DNA of 52,229 bases from Bacteroidales bacterium (GTDB lineage: Bacteria; Bacteroidota; Bacteroidia; Bacteroidales; JAGOPY01): positions 1 through 52,229 of the forward strand of contig DAOWEV010000113.1 in the NCBI GenBank assembly GCA_030638325.1, in the 5' to 3' direction. Positions 42,000 to 52,176 of this stretch are shown here, one piece after another (the first letter of the stretch is position 1; every line of letters begins with the position of its first letter). A program made the translations under genes and the position numbers. The notes below the pieces were generated by a model. It was given only the letters and a program-made list of their open reading frames with translations. It had not been told where the DNA came from and did not search any database.

Positions 42000-43463
42000 A
42001 TGGTATTTTCTCAAAGGAAGAAATTATTAAAAAAAATAATTTCAAAAATTTTCCTGGCTTTTATTTTATTATTACCAGGTTTTAATGTTTATTCCCAGGC
42101 GGAATGGTCGCTCGAAAATTGTGTCAATTATGCACTGGACCAAAACATAGATATTAAAAAACAGGTGCTGATGGTTGAAAGCCGTGAAGCAGATTTGATG
42201 CAGAGTAAACTGATGATCCTTCCGGACCTGAATGCCGGCGGAAATCATATTTATAACTGGGGCCAGACAGTGGACAGATATACCAACACATTTGCCACCG
42301 AAAGAGTACAGTCAAATAACTTTTACTTAGCCAGCAGCTTAACTTTGTTTTATGGTATGCGTAAGGTAAACACCATGAAACAAAGCCAGTTGGAAGTTGT
42401 TGCTGCTCAATATGACCTGGATTATCTGATGGATAACATTTCGCTGGCCGTTACCGGCTATTACCTCGATATATTATTTAACGAAGAGTTGCTCGAAGTT
42501 GCCCGTGAGCAGTATAAAATCACAATGCAACAGGTGAACAGGATGCAGAAACTGGTAGAAGCCGGGTCACTGGCCAAAGGAGATCTCCTGAACACTGAAG
42601 CCCAGGCTGCCACAGAAGAGTTGCAGGTGACCGAATCAGAAAACAGGCTGATGATATCATACCTGAATCTTCAGCAACTTATCGACCATCCCGTTTCTAG
42701 AGATTTCAGAATAGAACTACCGGAACTCAGGCCCATTGAAGCACCCTCCATAAATATCAAACCCGATGAAATATATAATATTGCCCTGGGAAACAGACCG
42801 GAAATAAAAAGCGCCGAGATCAAAGTAGAAAGTGCAGATAAAGGGATCAGCCTCGCAAGAGGATATATAAGCCCGGTTTTGACCCTGAATGGAAGCTGGG
42901 CAACAGGTTATTCCGGGGCTTCAAAGCAAGGAAGCGACCCCTATTTTGAAACGTCGGATATACCGATAGGTGTTACAGCAAGCTCCCAGGAATTAGTACT
43001 TGGTTATGATTATGGATACAATAAATACAGTGTAGTACCATGGGACAGGCAGATGAAAGATAATCAAAACAAAACCGTAGGGCTTACCTTGAATATTCCG
43101 GTATTTAATGGATGGCAAGTCAGAACAGCCATTAGTAAGGCAAAAATAGCAAGGGAGAATGCCGCCTATGATCTGGAACAGGAAAAACTGGATCTGAATA
43201 AAACCATTCAGCAGGCTTATGTGGATGCCGTGGCAGCGTTAAAGAATTTTAATTCTGCCAGGAAAAAAGTAGAAGCACAGGAAGAAGCATTTAAATACGC
43301 CGAACAAAAATTCGATGTAGGCCTGATGAATTCTGTTGATTATAATGAAATTAAAAAAGAGCTGACAAGAGCCGAATCTGAGCTTCTTCGAGCCAAGTAT
43401 AATTTTATTTATACGACAACCATTCTGGATTTTTATATGGGCAGGCCATTGTCTATAAACTAA
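42000..43463 (+). CDS. TolC-family outer-membrane efflux protein
   Basis: Signal peptide, LENCVNYALDQNIDIK N-terminal motif, and a two-fold repeat of coiled helices. Confidence 0.8.
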   Translation: MVFSQRKKLLKKIISKIFLAFILLLPGFNVYSQAEWSLENCVNYALDQNIDIKKQVLMVESREADLMQSKLMILPDLNAGGNHIYNWGQTVDRYTNTFATERVQSNNFYLASSLTLFYGMRKVNTMKQSQLEVVAAQYDLDYLMDNISLAVTGYYLDILFNEELLEVAREQYKITMQQVNRMQKLVEAGSLAKGDLLNTEAQAATEELQVTESENRLMISYLNLQQLIDHPVSRDFRIELPELRPIEAPSINIKPDEIYNIALGNRPEIKSAEIKVESADKGISLARGYISPVLTLNGSWATGYSGASKQGSDPYFETSDIPIGVTASSQELVLGYDYGYNKYSVVPWDRQMKDNQNKTVGLTLNIPVFNGWQVRTAISKAKIARENAAYDLEQEKLDLNKTIQQAYVDAVAALKNFNSARKKVEAQEEAFKYAEQKFDVGLMNSVDYNEIKKELTRAESELLRAKYNFIYTTTILDFYMGRPLSIN

Positions 43464-43478
43464 AGATAGCTTAATAAT

Positions 43479-44195
43479 ATGCCGATGATAAAATTAAAAA
43501 ATCTTCACAAATCATACGATATTGGCAGGAACAAACTGCATGTTTTAAAAGGGATCGATCTCGAAATTGAAAAAGGGGAACTGGTTGCTATCATGGGCTC
43601 ATCAGGCTCGGGGAAATCTACCTTACTGAATGTGATTGGGATATTGGACGATTATGATGAGGGTGCATATCAACTTGATGAGACCGCCATCAAGGATCTC
43701 TCTGAAACAAAGGCAGCGCATTTACGAAATCATATGATCGGCTTTGTTTTTCAGTCGTTTAACCTGATATCTTTTAAAAATGCAATGGAAAATGTTGCCC
43801 TGCCTTTGTATTACCAGGGAGTAAACAGAAAGAAGAGGAACAAAATAGCCATGGAGCTTCTTGAAAAAATGGAATTGACAGAATGGGCCGAACATCTGCC
43901 CAGCGAGCTTTCAGGTGGCCAGAAACAACGTATTGCCATTGCCCGGGCGATAGTTTCCAAACCCAAGATCATACTTGCCGATGAACCTACCGGAGCGTTG
44001 GATTCTAAAACATCCATGGAAATGATGGATCTTTTAAAGGAGATAAACAGGTCTGGGATTACAGTCCTGATCGTTACACATGAAAATGACATAGCCAATG
44101 CCACCGACCGGATCATCCGGCTAAAAGATGGGGTTATTGAGAAGAACATACAAAACGGACATAAGCAAAAGAAACAAAAGGTTTATGTGAATTAG
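43479..44195 (+). CDS. ABC transporter ATP-binding protein (MacB/LolD type)
   Basis: GSSGSGKST Walker A, LSGGQKQRIAIARA signature and ILADEPTGALD Walker B. Confidence 0.9.
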   Translation: MPMIKLKNLHKSYDIGRNKLHVLKGIDLEIEKGELVAIMGSSGSGKSTLLNVIGILDDYDEGAYQLDETAIKDLSETKAAHLRNHMIGFVFQSFNLISFKNAMENVALPLYYQGVNRKKRNKIAMELLEKMELTEWAEHLPSELSGGQKQRIAIARAIVSKPKIILADEPTGALDSKTSMEMMDLLKEINRSGITVLIVTHENDIANATDRIIRLKDGVIEKNIQNGHKQKKQKVYVN

Positions 44196-44210
44196 ACAGT
44201 TGCATGAAAA

Positions 44211-45458
44211 TTGATTATGGGATTATTTGAAGTAGATAAATGGCAGGAGATCTTCAGCACTATCAAGAAGAATAAACTACGCACCTTTCTGACAGGTTTC
44301 AGCGTGGCCTGGGGGATCTTTATGCTGATTATACTGCTCGGGTCCGGTAATGGTCTGGAAAATGGAGTGAAAAAAGAGTTTGAAGGGGATGCTATCAACA
44401 CCATCTGGGTCAACCAGGGACAGACCAGCATACCCTATAAAGGCTTACAGGCAGGCAGGCGCATACAGTTTACAAATGAAGATTATGAGATCATCAAAAC
44501 AAACGTTCCAAATATCGACCACATCTCGGGACGATTGACAATATGGCAAAATAACACAATTTCTTATAATAATGAATATGGGAATTACGATATCATAAGT
44601 TGTCATCCGGATTACGGATATTATGAAACCCTTGAAGTTACTGAAGGAAGGTTTTTGAATGAAAAAGATGTAGAAGAGGTCCGGAAATATGCAGTCATTA
44701 GTGAACTCGTGAGAGATGCATTGTTTAAGGGCGAAAACCCGATGGGAAAATATATCAAGGTAAGTGGTGTGCCGTTCAAGGTAATAGGTACGTTTACCGA
44801 CCTGGGTGGTGACCGCGATATGCAAAGAGTTTATATCCCGCTGACCACAGCACAGCAAGTGTTCAACCAGGGCAACAGGATTTTTAATGTTTGCATTACC
44901 ACTGATGATATTTCAATAGAACAAAGCCAGGAAATGGTGGAGGAGATCAGGCATAACCTGTCGGTTAAACATAAATTCGACCCGACAGACCTCAGGGCCG
45001 TCGGTGTGTTCAATAATGTAGAAGAATTTAAACGTTTTCTGGACCTGTTTGCTTCCATCAGGATTTTTATCTGGATCATTGGAATAGGTACTATCATTGC
45101 CGGTATTGTGGGCGTCAGTAATATCATGATGATCGTAGTAAAGGAAAGGACGCAGGAGATAGGTGTGAGGAAAGCCATGGGGGCCACTCCCTGGTCGATT
45201 ATCAGCCTCATACTGCAGGAATCAGTCTTAATCACTGCTTTCGCAGGATATATTGGCCTGGTGCTTGGGGTCGGATTGCTCGAATTGATATCTCCGGTAT
45301 TTGATGAAATGGATACCTTCTTTAAAAACCCTGAAGTTGATTTCGGATTCGCTATCAGCGCAACCTTATTGCTGGTATTCTCCGGTGCACTGGCAGGGTT
45401 TGTTCCGGCCAGAAAAGCCGCCAGTATCAAACCTGTTGAAGCGCTCAGAGCCGAATAA
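44211..45458 (+). CDS. ABC transporter permease, MacB/FtsX family
   Basis: N-terminal TM helix, periplasmic MacB domain and C-terminal FtsX helices (ERTQEIGVRKAMGA). Confidence 0.85.
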   Translation: MIMGLFEVDKWQEIFSTIKKNKLRTFLTGFSVAWGIFMLIILLGSGNGLENGVKKEFEGDAINTIWVNQGQTSIPYKGLQAGRRIQFTNEDYEIIKTNVPNIDHISGRLTIWQNNTISYNNEYGNYDIISCHPDYGYYETLEVTEGRFLNEKDVEEVRKYAVISELVRDALFKGENPMGKYIKVSGVPFKVIGTFTDLGGDRDMQRVYIPLTTAQQVFNQGNRIFNVCITTDDISIEQSQEMVEEIRHNLSVKHKFDPTDLRAVGVFNNVEEFKRFLDLFASIRIFIWIIGIGTIIAGIVGVSNIMMIVVKERTQEIGVRKAMGATPWSIISLILQESVLITAFAGYIGLVLGVGLLELISPVFDEMDTFFKNPEVDFGFAISATLLLVFSGALAGFVPARKAASIKPVEALRAE

Positions 45459-45475
45459 ATGTAAATATTCAGATC

Positions 45476-46747
45476 ATGAAGATCATCGACATAGATAAAT
45501 GGAAAGAAATTTTGAGTGTTCTTAAAAAGAATAAACTCCGGACCTTTTTTACTGCTTTCGGAGTGTTCTGGGGGATCTTTATGCTGATTATTATGATGGG
45601 TTCCGGAAAAGGACTTGAAAATGGCGCTATGCAAGGTATGGGCGATATGGCCACCAACAGTTTCTTCATGTGGACCCAACGCACTACCATCCCGTATAAA
45701 GGGTTTCCGAGAGGACGATTCTATAATTTCCGCAATACCGATACAGAAGCCCTGAAGAAAAATATACAAGAGATCGATCTTATTGCTCCAAGGCTTCGGG
45801 CTTGGGGATACAGGGGAGGTGGAAGCAATGTTATCCGTGGGGAACGGTCCGGTGCATTTGACATTTATGGAGATACTCCCGACTTTAATAAGATCAATCC
45901 TATGACAATGGTGCAAGGCAGGTTTTTGAATATGATCGATATTAATGAAAAAAGAAAAGTAACTGTCATCGGAGAAAGAGTATTCGAAGAAATGTTCAGT
46001 GCGGATGAAAACCCTGTCGGAGAATACCTGAAGATACAGGGAGTCTATTTCAAAGTTGTTGGAGTTGTTCGTTCCAAACAAAGTGGTCAAATGTCTGAAA
46101 GAGATAACCGCTCCATTTTTATGCCGTTCACAACCCTGCAGAAAACATATAATTATGGAGATGTTGTGGGATGGTATTCAATCACTGCTGTCCCTGGTGC
46201 AAAAGCTTCCGATGTTGAAGAAATGGCAAAAAGTTTAATGAAAGAACGGCACAATATTCATCCTGATGATGAAAGAGCTATCGGCTCCTGGAATATGGAA
46301 GAGCAATTTGGTAAAATGGCGGGCCTGTTTGCCGGCATTCGCGGCCTGATATGGATTGTGGGCATAGGGACACTTTTTGCCGGGGTGGTTGGGGTCAGTA
46401 ATATCATGCTGATCGTGGTCAGGGAAAGAACCAAAGAAATCGGGATTCAGAGAGCGATCGGCGCAACACCGGCCAACGTGATCACTCAAATCATCATTGA
46501 ATCAGTATTTCTGACAACCATAGCAGGTTATTTTGGCCTGGTGATTGGGGTAGGTATTGTTGAAGGAATGAACTATATGCTTCAAATGTCAGGGGCCAAT
46601 ACGGAAATGTTTAACAATCCTGAAATAGATTTTAATATAGCCATGACAGCCATACTCATTTTAATCGTTTCCGGGGCCCTGGCCGGGTTGATACCGGCAA
46701 AAAGGGCCGTTAATATCCGGCCTATTGAAGCGTTGAGAAATGAATGA
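45476..46747 (+). CDS. ABC transporter permease, MacB/FtsX family (tandem paralog)
   Basis: Same architecture (ERTKEIGIQRAIGA). The N-terminus IDKWKEILSVLKKNKLRTF parallels the preceding gene. Confidence 0.85.
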   Translation: MKIIDIDKWKEILSVLKKNKLRTFFTAFGVFWGIFMLIIMMGSGKGLENGAMQGMGDMATNSFFMWTQRTTIPYKGFPRGRFYNFRNTDTEALKKNIQEIDLIAPRLRAWGYRGGGSNVIRGERSGAFDIYGDTPDFNKINPMTMVQGRFLNMIDINEKRKVTVIGERVFEEMFSADENPVGEYLKIQGVYFKVVGVVRSKQSGQMSERDNRSIFMPFTTLQKTYNYGDVVGWYSITAVPGAKASDVEEMAKSLMKERHNIHPDDERAIGSWNMEEQFGKMAGLFAGIRGLIWIVGIGTLFAGVVGVSNIMLIVVRERTKEIGIQRAIGATPANVITQIIIESVFLTTIAGYFGLVIGVGIVEGMNYMLQMSGANTEMFNNPEIDFNIAMTAILILIVSGALAGLIPAKRAVNIRPIEALRNE

Positions 46748-46753
46748 AAGAAG

Positions 46754-46817
46754 AGAATGATGGAACAATGGAACAATAGAATAGTGGAATAGTGGAATGA
46801 TGGATGAATGGAATGGA
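46754..46817. repeat. Octamer array (AGAATGAT GGAACAAT x2 AGAATAGT GGAATAGT GGAATGAT GGATGAAT GGAATGGA) inside the efflux operon
   Basis: Eight in-phase 8-mers starting 7 nt after the permease stop codon. Confidence 0.85.
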
Positions 46818-46864
46818 AAAATAACTAACTCCGTCCTTTAGGGCGAAGAAAAAAAATAAAAGAA

Positions 46865-47959
46865 ATGAAAAAGTTTTTAAAGATTTTCGTGGGAGTGATC
46901 ATAATCTCAGTCTTTGTTTACACGATCTACTTTCTGTACAATAAATCTCAGGCCAAACCGGTAACCTTTGAAACTACAACAGCTTTTATTGCTGAAAACA
47001 TTATCAAAAAAACGGTAGCCACCGGATCTATTGTTCCACGCAAGGAAATTGAGATCAAACCCCAGGTTTCCGGGATCATAGAAGAGATATATGTGGAAGA
47101 GGGAGAAATGGTAAAGAAAGGAGATTTGATCGCAAGGATCAAGATCATCCCGAATATGGTAAACCTGAACAATGCGGAATCCCGGCTGAATAAGGCCAGG
47201 ATAAATTTTAAAGATGCAGAGCGTGATTATAAGAGACAGCAAGACTTGTTGCAAAAAGGGGTTATCGCAAAGGCAGAATTTGAAGATTATGACCTGGTTT
47301 ACAACAGCGCGCGGGAAGAAGTTGAAGCTGCCGAAAACAACCTGCAGTTGATAAAAAAAGGCCAGACCAACAATACCTCCAGCACCACCAATACACTGGT
47401 ACGCTCTACCATTAATGGGATGATCCTCGATGTGCCAGTGAAAATTGGGAATTCCGTGATAGAGAGTAATACCTTCAACGACGGAACTACAATCACCAGT
47501 GTGGCTGATATGGGAGACATGATCTTTGAAGGGAAAATTGATGAAACAGAGGTCGGGAAGATCACAGAAGGAATGCCCCTGATATTGACAATTGGAGCTA
47601 TTGATAATACAAAGTTCAGCGCTATACTTGAACATATCTCCCCGAAAGGGGTAGAAGAGAATGGTGCCATTCAGTTTGAGATCAAGGCCAATGTGGAGCT
47701 GCAACAAGATTTTTTCATCAGGTCCGGTTATAGCGCCAATGCAGATATTGTACTCGACCGTGTTGACAGTGTACTGGCCATTCCTGAAAACCTGTTGCAG
47801 TTCGACGATGATTCAGCTTATGTGGAATTAGAAACAACACCCCAGGAGTTCGAAAAGAAATATATTGAAACAGGGTTGTCAGATGGGATTAATATTGAAG
47901 TCAAATCCGGACTGACCGCTGATGATAAAATCAAAAAACCATCAGGCTCTATGAAATAA
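46865..47959 (+). CDS. Periplasmic efflux adaptor (HlyD/MacA family)
   Basis: N-terminal anchor, lipoyl-like and coiled-coil hairpin segments, then a beta-barrel domain. It is the last gene of the tolC-ABC operon. Confidence 0.8.
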   Translation: MKKFLKIFVGVIIISVFVYTIYFLYNKSQAKPVTFETTTAFIAENIIKKTVATGSIVPRKEIEIKPQVSGIIEEIYVEEGEMVKKGDLIARIKIIPNMVNLNNAESRLNKARINFKDAERDYKRQQDLLQKGVIAKAEFEDYDLVYNSAREEVEAAENNLQLIKKGQTNNTSSTTNTLVRSTINGMILDVPVKIGNSVIESNTFNDGTTITSVADMGDMIFEGKIDETEVGKITEGMPLILTIGAIDNTKFSAILEHISPKGVEENGAIQFEIKANVELQQDFFIRSGYSANADIVLDRVDSVLAIPENLLQFDDDSAYVELETTPQEFEKKYIETGLSDGINIEVKSGLTADDKIKKPSGSMK

Positions 47960-47994
47960 CAGGCCGGGAAGAGAATACACAGAAACAATAATGT

Positions 47995-48045
47995 ACTTTA
48001 TAACTTTATAACTTTATAAACTTTCAACTTTCAACTCTTTATAAG
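47995..48045. repeat. AT-rich word repeats (ACTTTATA x3, then CTTTCAA x2)
   Basis: Read directly. They lie between the adaptor gene and the M49-like gene. Confidence 0.7.
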
Positions 48046-48078
48046 TAATGCAGGATGGATAAGTTCAAAAAATATGAG

Positions 48079-48086
48079 TAATTTTG
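48079..48086 (+). promoter_or_regulatory. Candidate -7 box TAATTTTG
   Basis: 34 nt upstream of ATG 48121. Confidence 0.45.
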
Positions 48087-48120
48087 CGCACCTTATTCAT
48101 TCACCAAAAAATAAAATAAA

Positions 48121-49818
48121 ATGTTCAAAAGAATTATTCCGTTTGTGATCATCGTTGCCGGTTTGTTTATTCTTGCCGGTTGTCAGTTAGGCACGAAAAA
48201 TGAATCCCAGAAAGAAATAGAGTATCCGGGCATTATACCCACCGATGCTAAATTAAAGCCCAATATGAAAATGGTTGATGAAAGACTGGGCATTTATACT
48301 CCGTTTAAGCTAACAGCTGATATTAGTCATCTTAGCGATACCCAGAAAAAAATGTTATCCATTTTGTTTGATGCGGCAGATATCATGAATGAGCTGTATT
48401 GGAAGCAAACGATCGGCCAGAAGAGACTCTTCCTGGAAAAAATATCCAATGGAGACGCTCAGAAATTTGCTATGATCAATTACGGCCCATGGGACAGGCT
48501 GAATGCCAATGTGCCTTTTTTCGAGGGTGTTGGTGTGAAACCGGCAGGGGCCAATTTCTACCCCCCCGATATGAGCAAAGAAGAATTTGAAGCATTTGAT
48601 GATCCTGACAAGACCAGTTTATATACCTTGATCCGCAGGAATAAAGACGGCTCCTTGCGCTCCGTATGGTATCATGAAGCCTATGCCCCCAAATTAAAGA
48701 AAGCGGCTGTATTGCTTCTCGAAGCGGCAGCCCTGGCTGAAGATGAGGGATTTAAGCAATACCTTACCCTGCGTGCCGATGCCCTTCTTACATCCGATTA
48801 CCAGCCCAGCGATTTTGCCTGGATGGATATGAAATCGTCAGCTATAGATTTCGTAGTCGGACCTATTGAGAATTATGAAGACGGCCTCTTTGGCTATAAA
48901 GCAGCTTTCGAATCTTTTATCCTGATCAAAGACAAGGAATGGAGTAAAAAACTGGCTAAGTATGCTGCCATGTTACCGGGCTTGCAAAAAGGCCTGCCTG
49001 TTAAAAAAGCATACAAGAAAGAAATCCCCGGTGCCGATGCCGACCTGAATGCGTATGATGTCATTTATTATGCAGGCGACTGTAATGCAGGCAGCAAGAC
49101 CATTGCTATTAACCTTCCCAATGATGAGGAAGTGCATTTGAAGAAGGGCTCACGCAAACTCCAGCTAAAAAATGCCATGAAAGCCAAGTTCGACAAGATC
49201 CTGATCCCGATCACAGAAATGTTGATCCATGAGTCACAGCGCAAACATGTTACTTTTAACGCTTTTTTCAGCAATACAATGTTCCACGAAGTGTCACATG
49301 CCATGGGTATTAAAAATACCATCAATGGTAAAGGATCCGCCAGAAAAGCGCTCAAAGAACAATATTCTGCGATTGAAGAAGGCAAAGCCGATATCATGGG
49401 TCTTTACCTCGTAACCAGGCTGTTTGAAGCAGGTCAATTAAAAGAGGGTGAACTGATGGACTATTATGTCACTTTCATTGCAGGTATATTTCGCTCCAGC
49501 CGCTTTGGCGCTGCCAGCGCACATGGTAAAGCCAATATGATGCGGTTTAATTATTTTAAGGAATACGGGGCCTTTACCCGTACCGATGACGGTACCTACC
49601 TGGTTGACATTGAAAAAACAAAGGAAGCCATGGTAAACCTTATGCAGAAAATACTTTATATGCAGGGCGATGGCGATTACGAAGCTGCTAAAGCATGGGT
49701 CCTGGAACAGGGCCTGATCATGCCCGATCTGCAGCTTGACCTGAACCGCCTCAATGACGCCAATATTCCTGTGGATATTTTATTTGTACAAGGCAAACAG
49801 GAAATAGGACTTGAGTGA
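48121..49818 (+). CDS. M49 (dipeptidyl-peptidase III)-like zinc metallopeptidase lipoprotein with a pentapeptide HExxH motif
   Basis: Lipobox ILAGC. HEVSH at 49285-49299 and EEGKAD at 49375-49392 correspond to the two M49 zinc-binding motifs. TAATTTTG box at 48079-48086. Confidence 0.6.
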   Translation: MFKRIIPFVIIVAGLFILAGCQLGTKNESQKEIEYPGIIPTDAKLKPNMKMVDERLGIYTPFKLTADISHLSDTQKKMLSILFDAADIMNELYWKQTIGQKRLFLEKISNGDAQKFAMINYGPWDRLNANVPFFEGVGVKPAGANFYPPDMSKEEFEAFDDPDKTSLYTLIRRNKDGSLRSVWYHEAYAPKLKKAAVLLLEAAALAEDEGFKQYLTLRADALLTSDYQPSDFAWMDMKSSAIDFVVGPIENYEDGLFGYKAAFESFILIKDKEWSKKLAKYAAMLPGLQKGLPVKKAYKKEIPGADADLNAYDVIYYAGDCNAGSKTIAINLPNDEEVHLKKGSRKLQLKNAMKAKFDKILIPITEMLIHESQRKHVTFNAFFSNTMFHEVSHAMGIKNTINGKGSARKALKEQYSAIEEGKADIMGLYLVTRLFEAGQLKEGELMDYYVTFIAGIFRSSRFGAASAHGKANMMRFNYFKEYGAFTRTDDGTYLVDIEKTKEAMVNLMQKILYMQGDGDYEAAKAWVLEQGLIMPDLQLDLNRLNDANIPVDILFVQGKQEIGLE

Positions 49819-49868
49819 TGAATTGAACGAAGTACCTGAACGCATTAACTTATAAATAATAAAAAAAG

Positions 49869-52136
49869 ATGAGACAAACAAAAACTTCATTATTGTCAAA
49901 AAGCCTGATCGCTACATTGCTGATCTTAACATACTTCACTTTCAGAATTGGGGCTACAACTCCGCCTGATGAGGGCATGTGGTTACCTATTTTTGTGGAA
50001 AGACTGAATTATGTAGATATGCAGAAAATGGGACTGAAACTGACTGCAGAAGAAATTTACAGCATCAATAACAGTAGTCTTAAAGACGCTGTAGTGGGGC
50101 TCAGCAACAGCAACACCCCAAGAGGTTTTTTCTGTTCTGCTGAAGTCGTTTCCGAACAGGGGCTGATCTTCACAAACCACCATTGCGGTTTTTCCAAGAT
50201 TCAGTCACACAGTACTATTGAACATGATTATCTGAAGGACGGGTTCTGGGCGATGAGCAAGGATGAAGAACTGTCTAATGAAGGCCTTACTGCAACCTTC
50301 TTTGTAAGGATGGAAAATGTTACCGATTCAATTGTACCGTTTTTATCAGACACCATGTCCGAGTCAGATCGCACGTCTGAAGTTAGAAAGATATCCAAAC
50401 GACTAAAAAAAGCAGCCGGTGAAGAAGGAAAGTATTATACTGTAGTCAAAGGATTTTTTGGCGGTACAGAATACTATCTGTTTGTATATGAAGTTTACCG
50501 GGATGTCAGGCTGGTTGGAGCCCCTCCTTCTGAAATAGGCAAGTATGGTGGAGATACCGACAACTGGATGTGGCCACGCCATACAGGTGATTTCAGCATT
50601 TTCAGGATCTATTGTGCACCTGATGGCAGCCCGGCAGACTATTCCGAAGAAAATGTACCATTGACACCAAAATACCACCTTCCAATATCCCTGGACGGAG
50701 TTGAAAAAAATGATTTTGCTATGATCTGGGGCTATCCGGGCGGCACTAATCGTTACATGACTTCCTATGGAGTAGAATATCAACTGGATTATTTCAACCC
50801 GGTCGTTATCGAGGTGCTGGAGGCCAAACTGGATGTATGGAGAGAAGATATGGATACTGACCGGGAAATAGCCATTCAATATGCTTCCAAGTATTCCGGC
50901 TTGTCAAATTTTTGGAAATACAGCATTGGCCAGTCAAAAGGACTTAAAGCGCTGGATATTTTCGGAGAAAAAGAAGCCCTTGAAGAAAAATTCCAGGATT
51001 GGGCAGATGCAAATCCTGATCGAAAAGAAAAATATGGAAATGTACTCGGCGAGCTAAAGACCGGTTATGCAGGATTAGGCCCTGTATTTGAGCCCCTGGC
51101 CTTTACCCTTTTTGCGGGTAGCCAGGCATCCGAGGCAATGGAACTGTCGCAGAAATTTGGCGCCTTACATGGCTACCTCGAAGAGAAAACGGATAAATCG
51201 GTAATAGAAGAAACGGTTGGTGAACTTAGAGATGGCCTTCCGGATCACTTTAAGGACTATAATGTTTCAACAGATAAAAAAGTCTTTACTGTTATGCTTA
51301 AAATGTATTCAGAAAATGTGTCGTTAGACATACAGCCTGAATATTTTAAGGACATGGTTAAAAAATACAAAGGAGATTTTGAAGCCTATGCCGATTATTT
51401 CTTTGATAAATCAATATTTGTTAATGAAGCAAGGTTAAATGCTTTCCTTGACAATCCAAAATTCAAACTACTGGATAAAGATCCGGCATACCAACTTGCC
51501 GCTGCCATGCAGGGGGGCCTGATGCAAAACATGGGAGCATATCGGGGTGCCCAGACTAAACTGAGTAAAAATAAGAGATTATTTGTGGCCGGATTGAGGG
51601 AAATGTATCCTGATAAAGTATTTTATCCCGATGCCAATTCCACCATGCGCCTGACTTATGGCTCGGTTGAAGATTACTATCCTGCGGATGCTGTTCATTT
51701 TGATTACATCACCCATCTTTCAGGTGTCATGGACAAAGAAGACCCGTCCAGCACTGAATTCACAGTGCCTGACCGGCTCAAAAAGCTATATGCTGAAAAA
51801 GATTTCGGCCGTTATGGAAAAGATGGGAAGTTGATTGTGTGTTTCCTGACAACGAACGACATCACCGGTGGAAATTCGGGAAGCCCCGTGATCAATGGCA
51901 ATGGTGAATTGATAGGCATTGCATTTGATGGCAATTGGGAGGCCATGAGTGGCGACATTGCCTATGAAAAAGACTTGCAACGTACCATAAACGTGGATAT
52001 CCGCTATGTACTTTTCGTTATAGACAAATATGCCGGCGCCCAAAACCTGATAGACGAACTGACAATAGTACATAAGATCAGGGATAAGGCGTCAGTGCAG
52101 AATGAGAGAATACATGCAGAAATTGAAATAAAATGA
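49869..52136 (+). CDS. S46-family dipeptidyl-peptidase (DPP7/DPP11-like)
   Basis: PDEGMWLP N-terminal hallmark, catalytic His in TNHHC and catalytic Ser in GGNSGSPV. Confidence 0.85.
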   Translation: MRQTKTSLLSKSLIATLLILTYFTFRIGATTPPDEGMWLPIFVERLNYVDMQKMGLKLTAEEIYSINNSSLKDAVVGLSNSNTPRGFFCSAEVVSEQGLIFTNHHCGFSKIQSHSTIEHDYLKDGFWAMSKDEELSNEGLTATFFVRMENVTDSIVPFLSDTMSESDRTSEVRKISKRLKKAAGEEGKYYTVVKGFFGGTEYYLFVYEVYRDVRLVGAPPSEIGKYGGDTDNWMWPRHTGDFSIFRIYCAPDGSPADYSEENVPLTPKYHLPISLDGVEKNDFAMIWGYPGGTNRYMTSYGVEYQLDYFNPVVIEVLEAKLDVWREDMDTDREIAIQYASKYSGLSNFWKYSIGQSKGLKALDIFGEKEALEEKFQDWADANPDRKEKYGNVLGELKTGYAGLGPVFEPLAFTLFAGSQASEAMELSQKFGALHGYLEEKTDKSVIEETVGELRDGLPDHFKDYNVSTDKKVFTVMLKMYSENVSLDIQPEYFKDMVKKYKGDFEAYADYFFDKSIFVNEARLNAFLDNPKFKLLDKDPAYQLAAAMQGGLMQNMGAYRGAQTKLSKNKRLFVAGLREMYPDKVFYPDANSTMRLTYGSVEDYYPADAVHFDYITHLSGVMDKEDPSSTEFTVPDRLKKLYAEKDFGRYGKDGKLIVCFLTTNDITGGNSGSPVINGNGELIGIAFDGNWEAMSGDIAYEKDLQRTINVDIRYVLFVIDKYAGAQNLIDELTIVHKIRDKASVQNERIHAEIEIK

Positions 52137-52143
52137 TCTCCTG

Positions 52144-52176
52144 AAGGATGGTATCTTTTTAAAAGATGCCATCCTT
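52144..52176 (+). terminator. Hairpin after the S46 peptidase gene
   Basis: AAGGATGGTATCTTTT / AAAAGATGCCATCCTT, a ~16-bp stem with one G-U pair on the plus-strand RNA. Confidence 0.55.

Noticed and set aside
44831-46090. A 419-aa ORF on the minus strand.
   Set aside because: It lies entirely antisense to two well-supported MacB/FtsX permease genes. The sequence is low-complexity with no recognisable motifs, so it is a spurious antisense frame.
46907-47707. A 266-aa minus-strand ORF.
   Set aside because: It is antisense to the HlyD-family adaptor gene, which fits the operon context.
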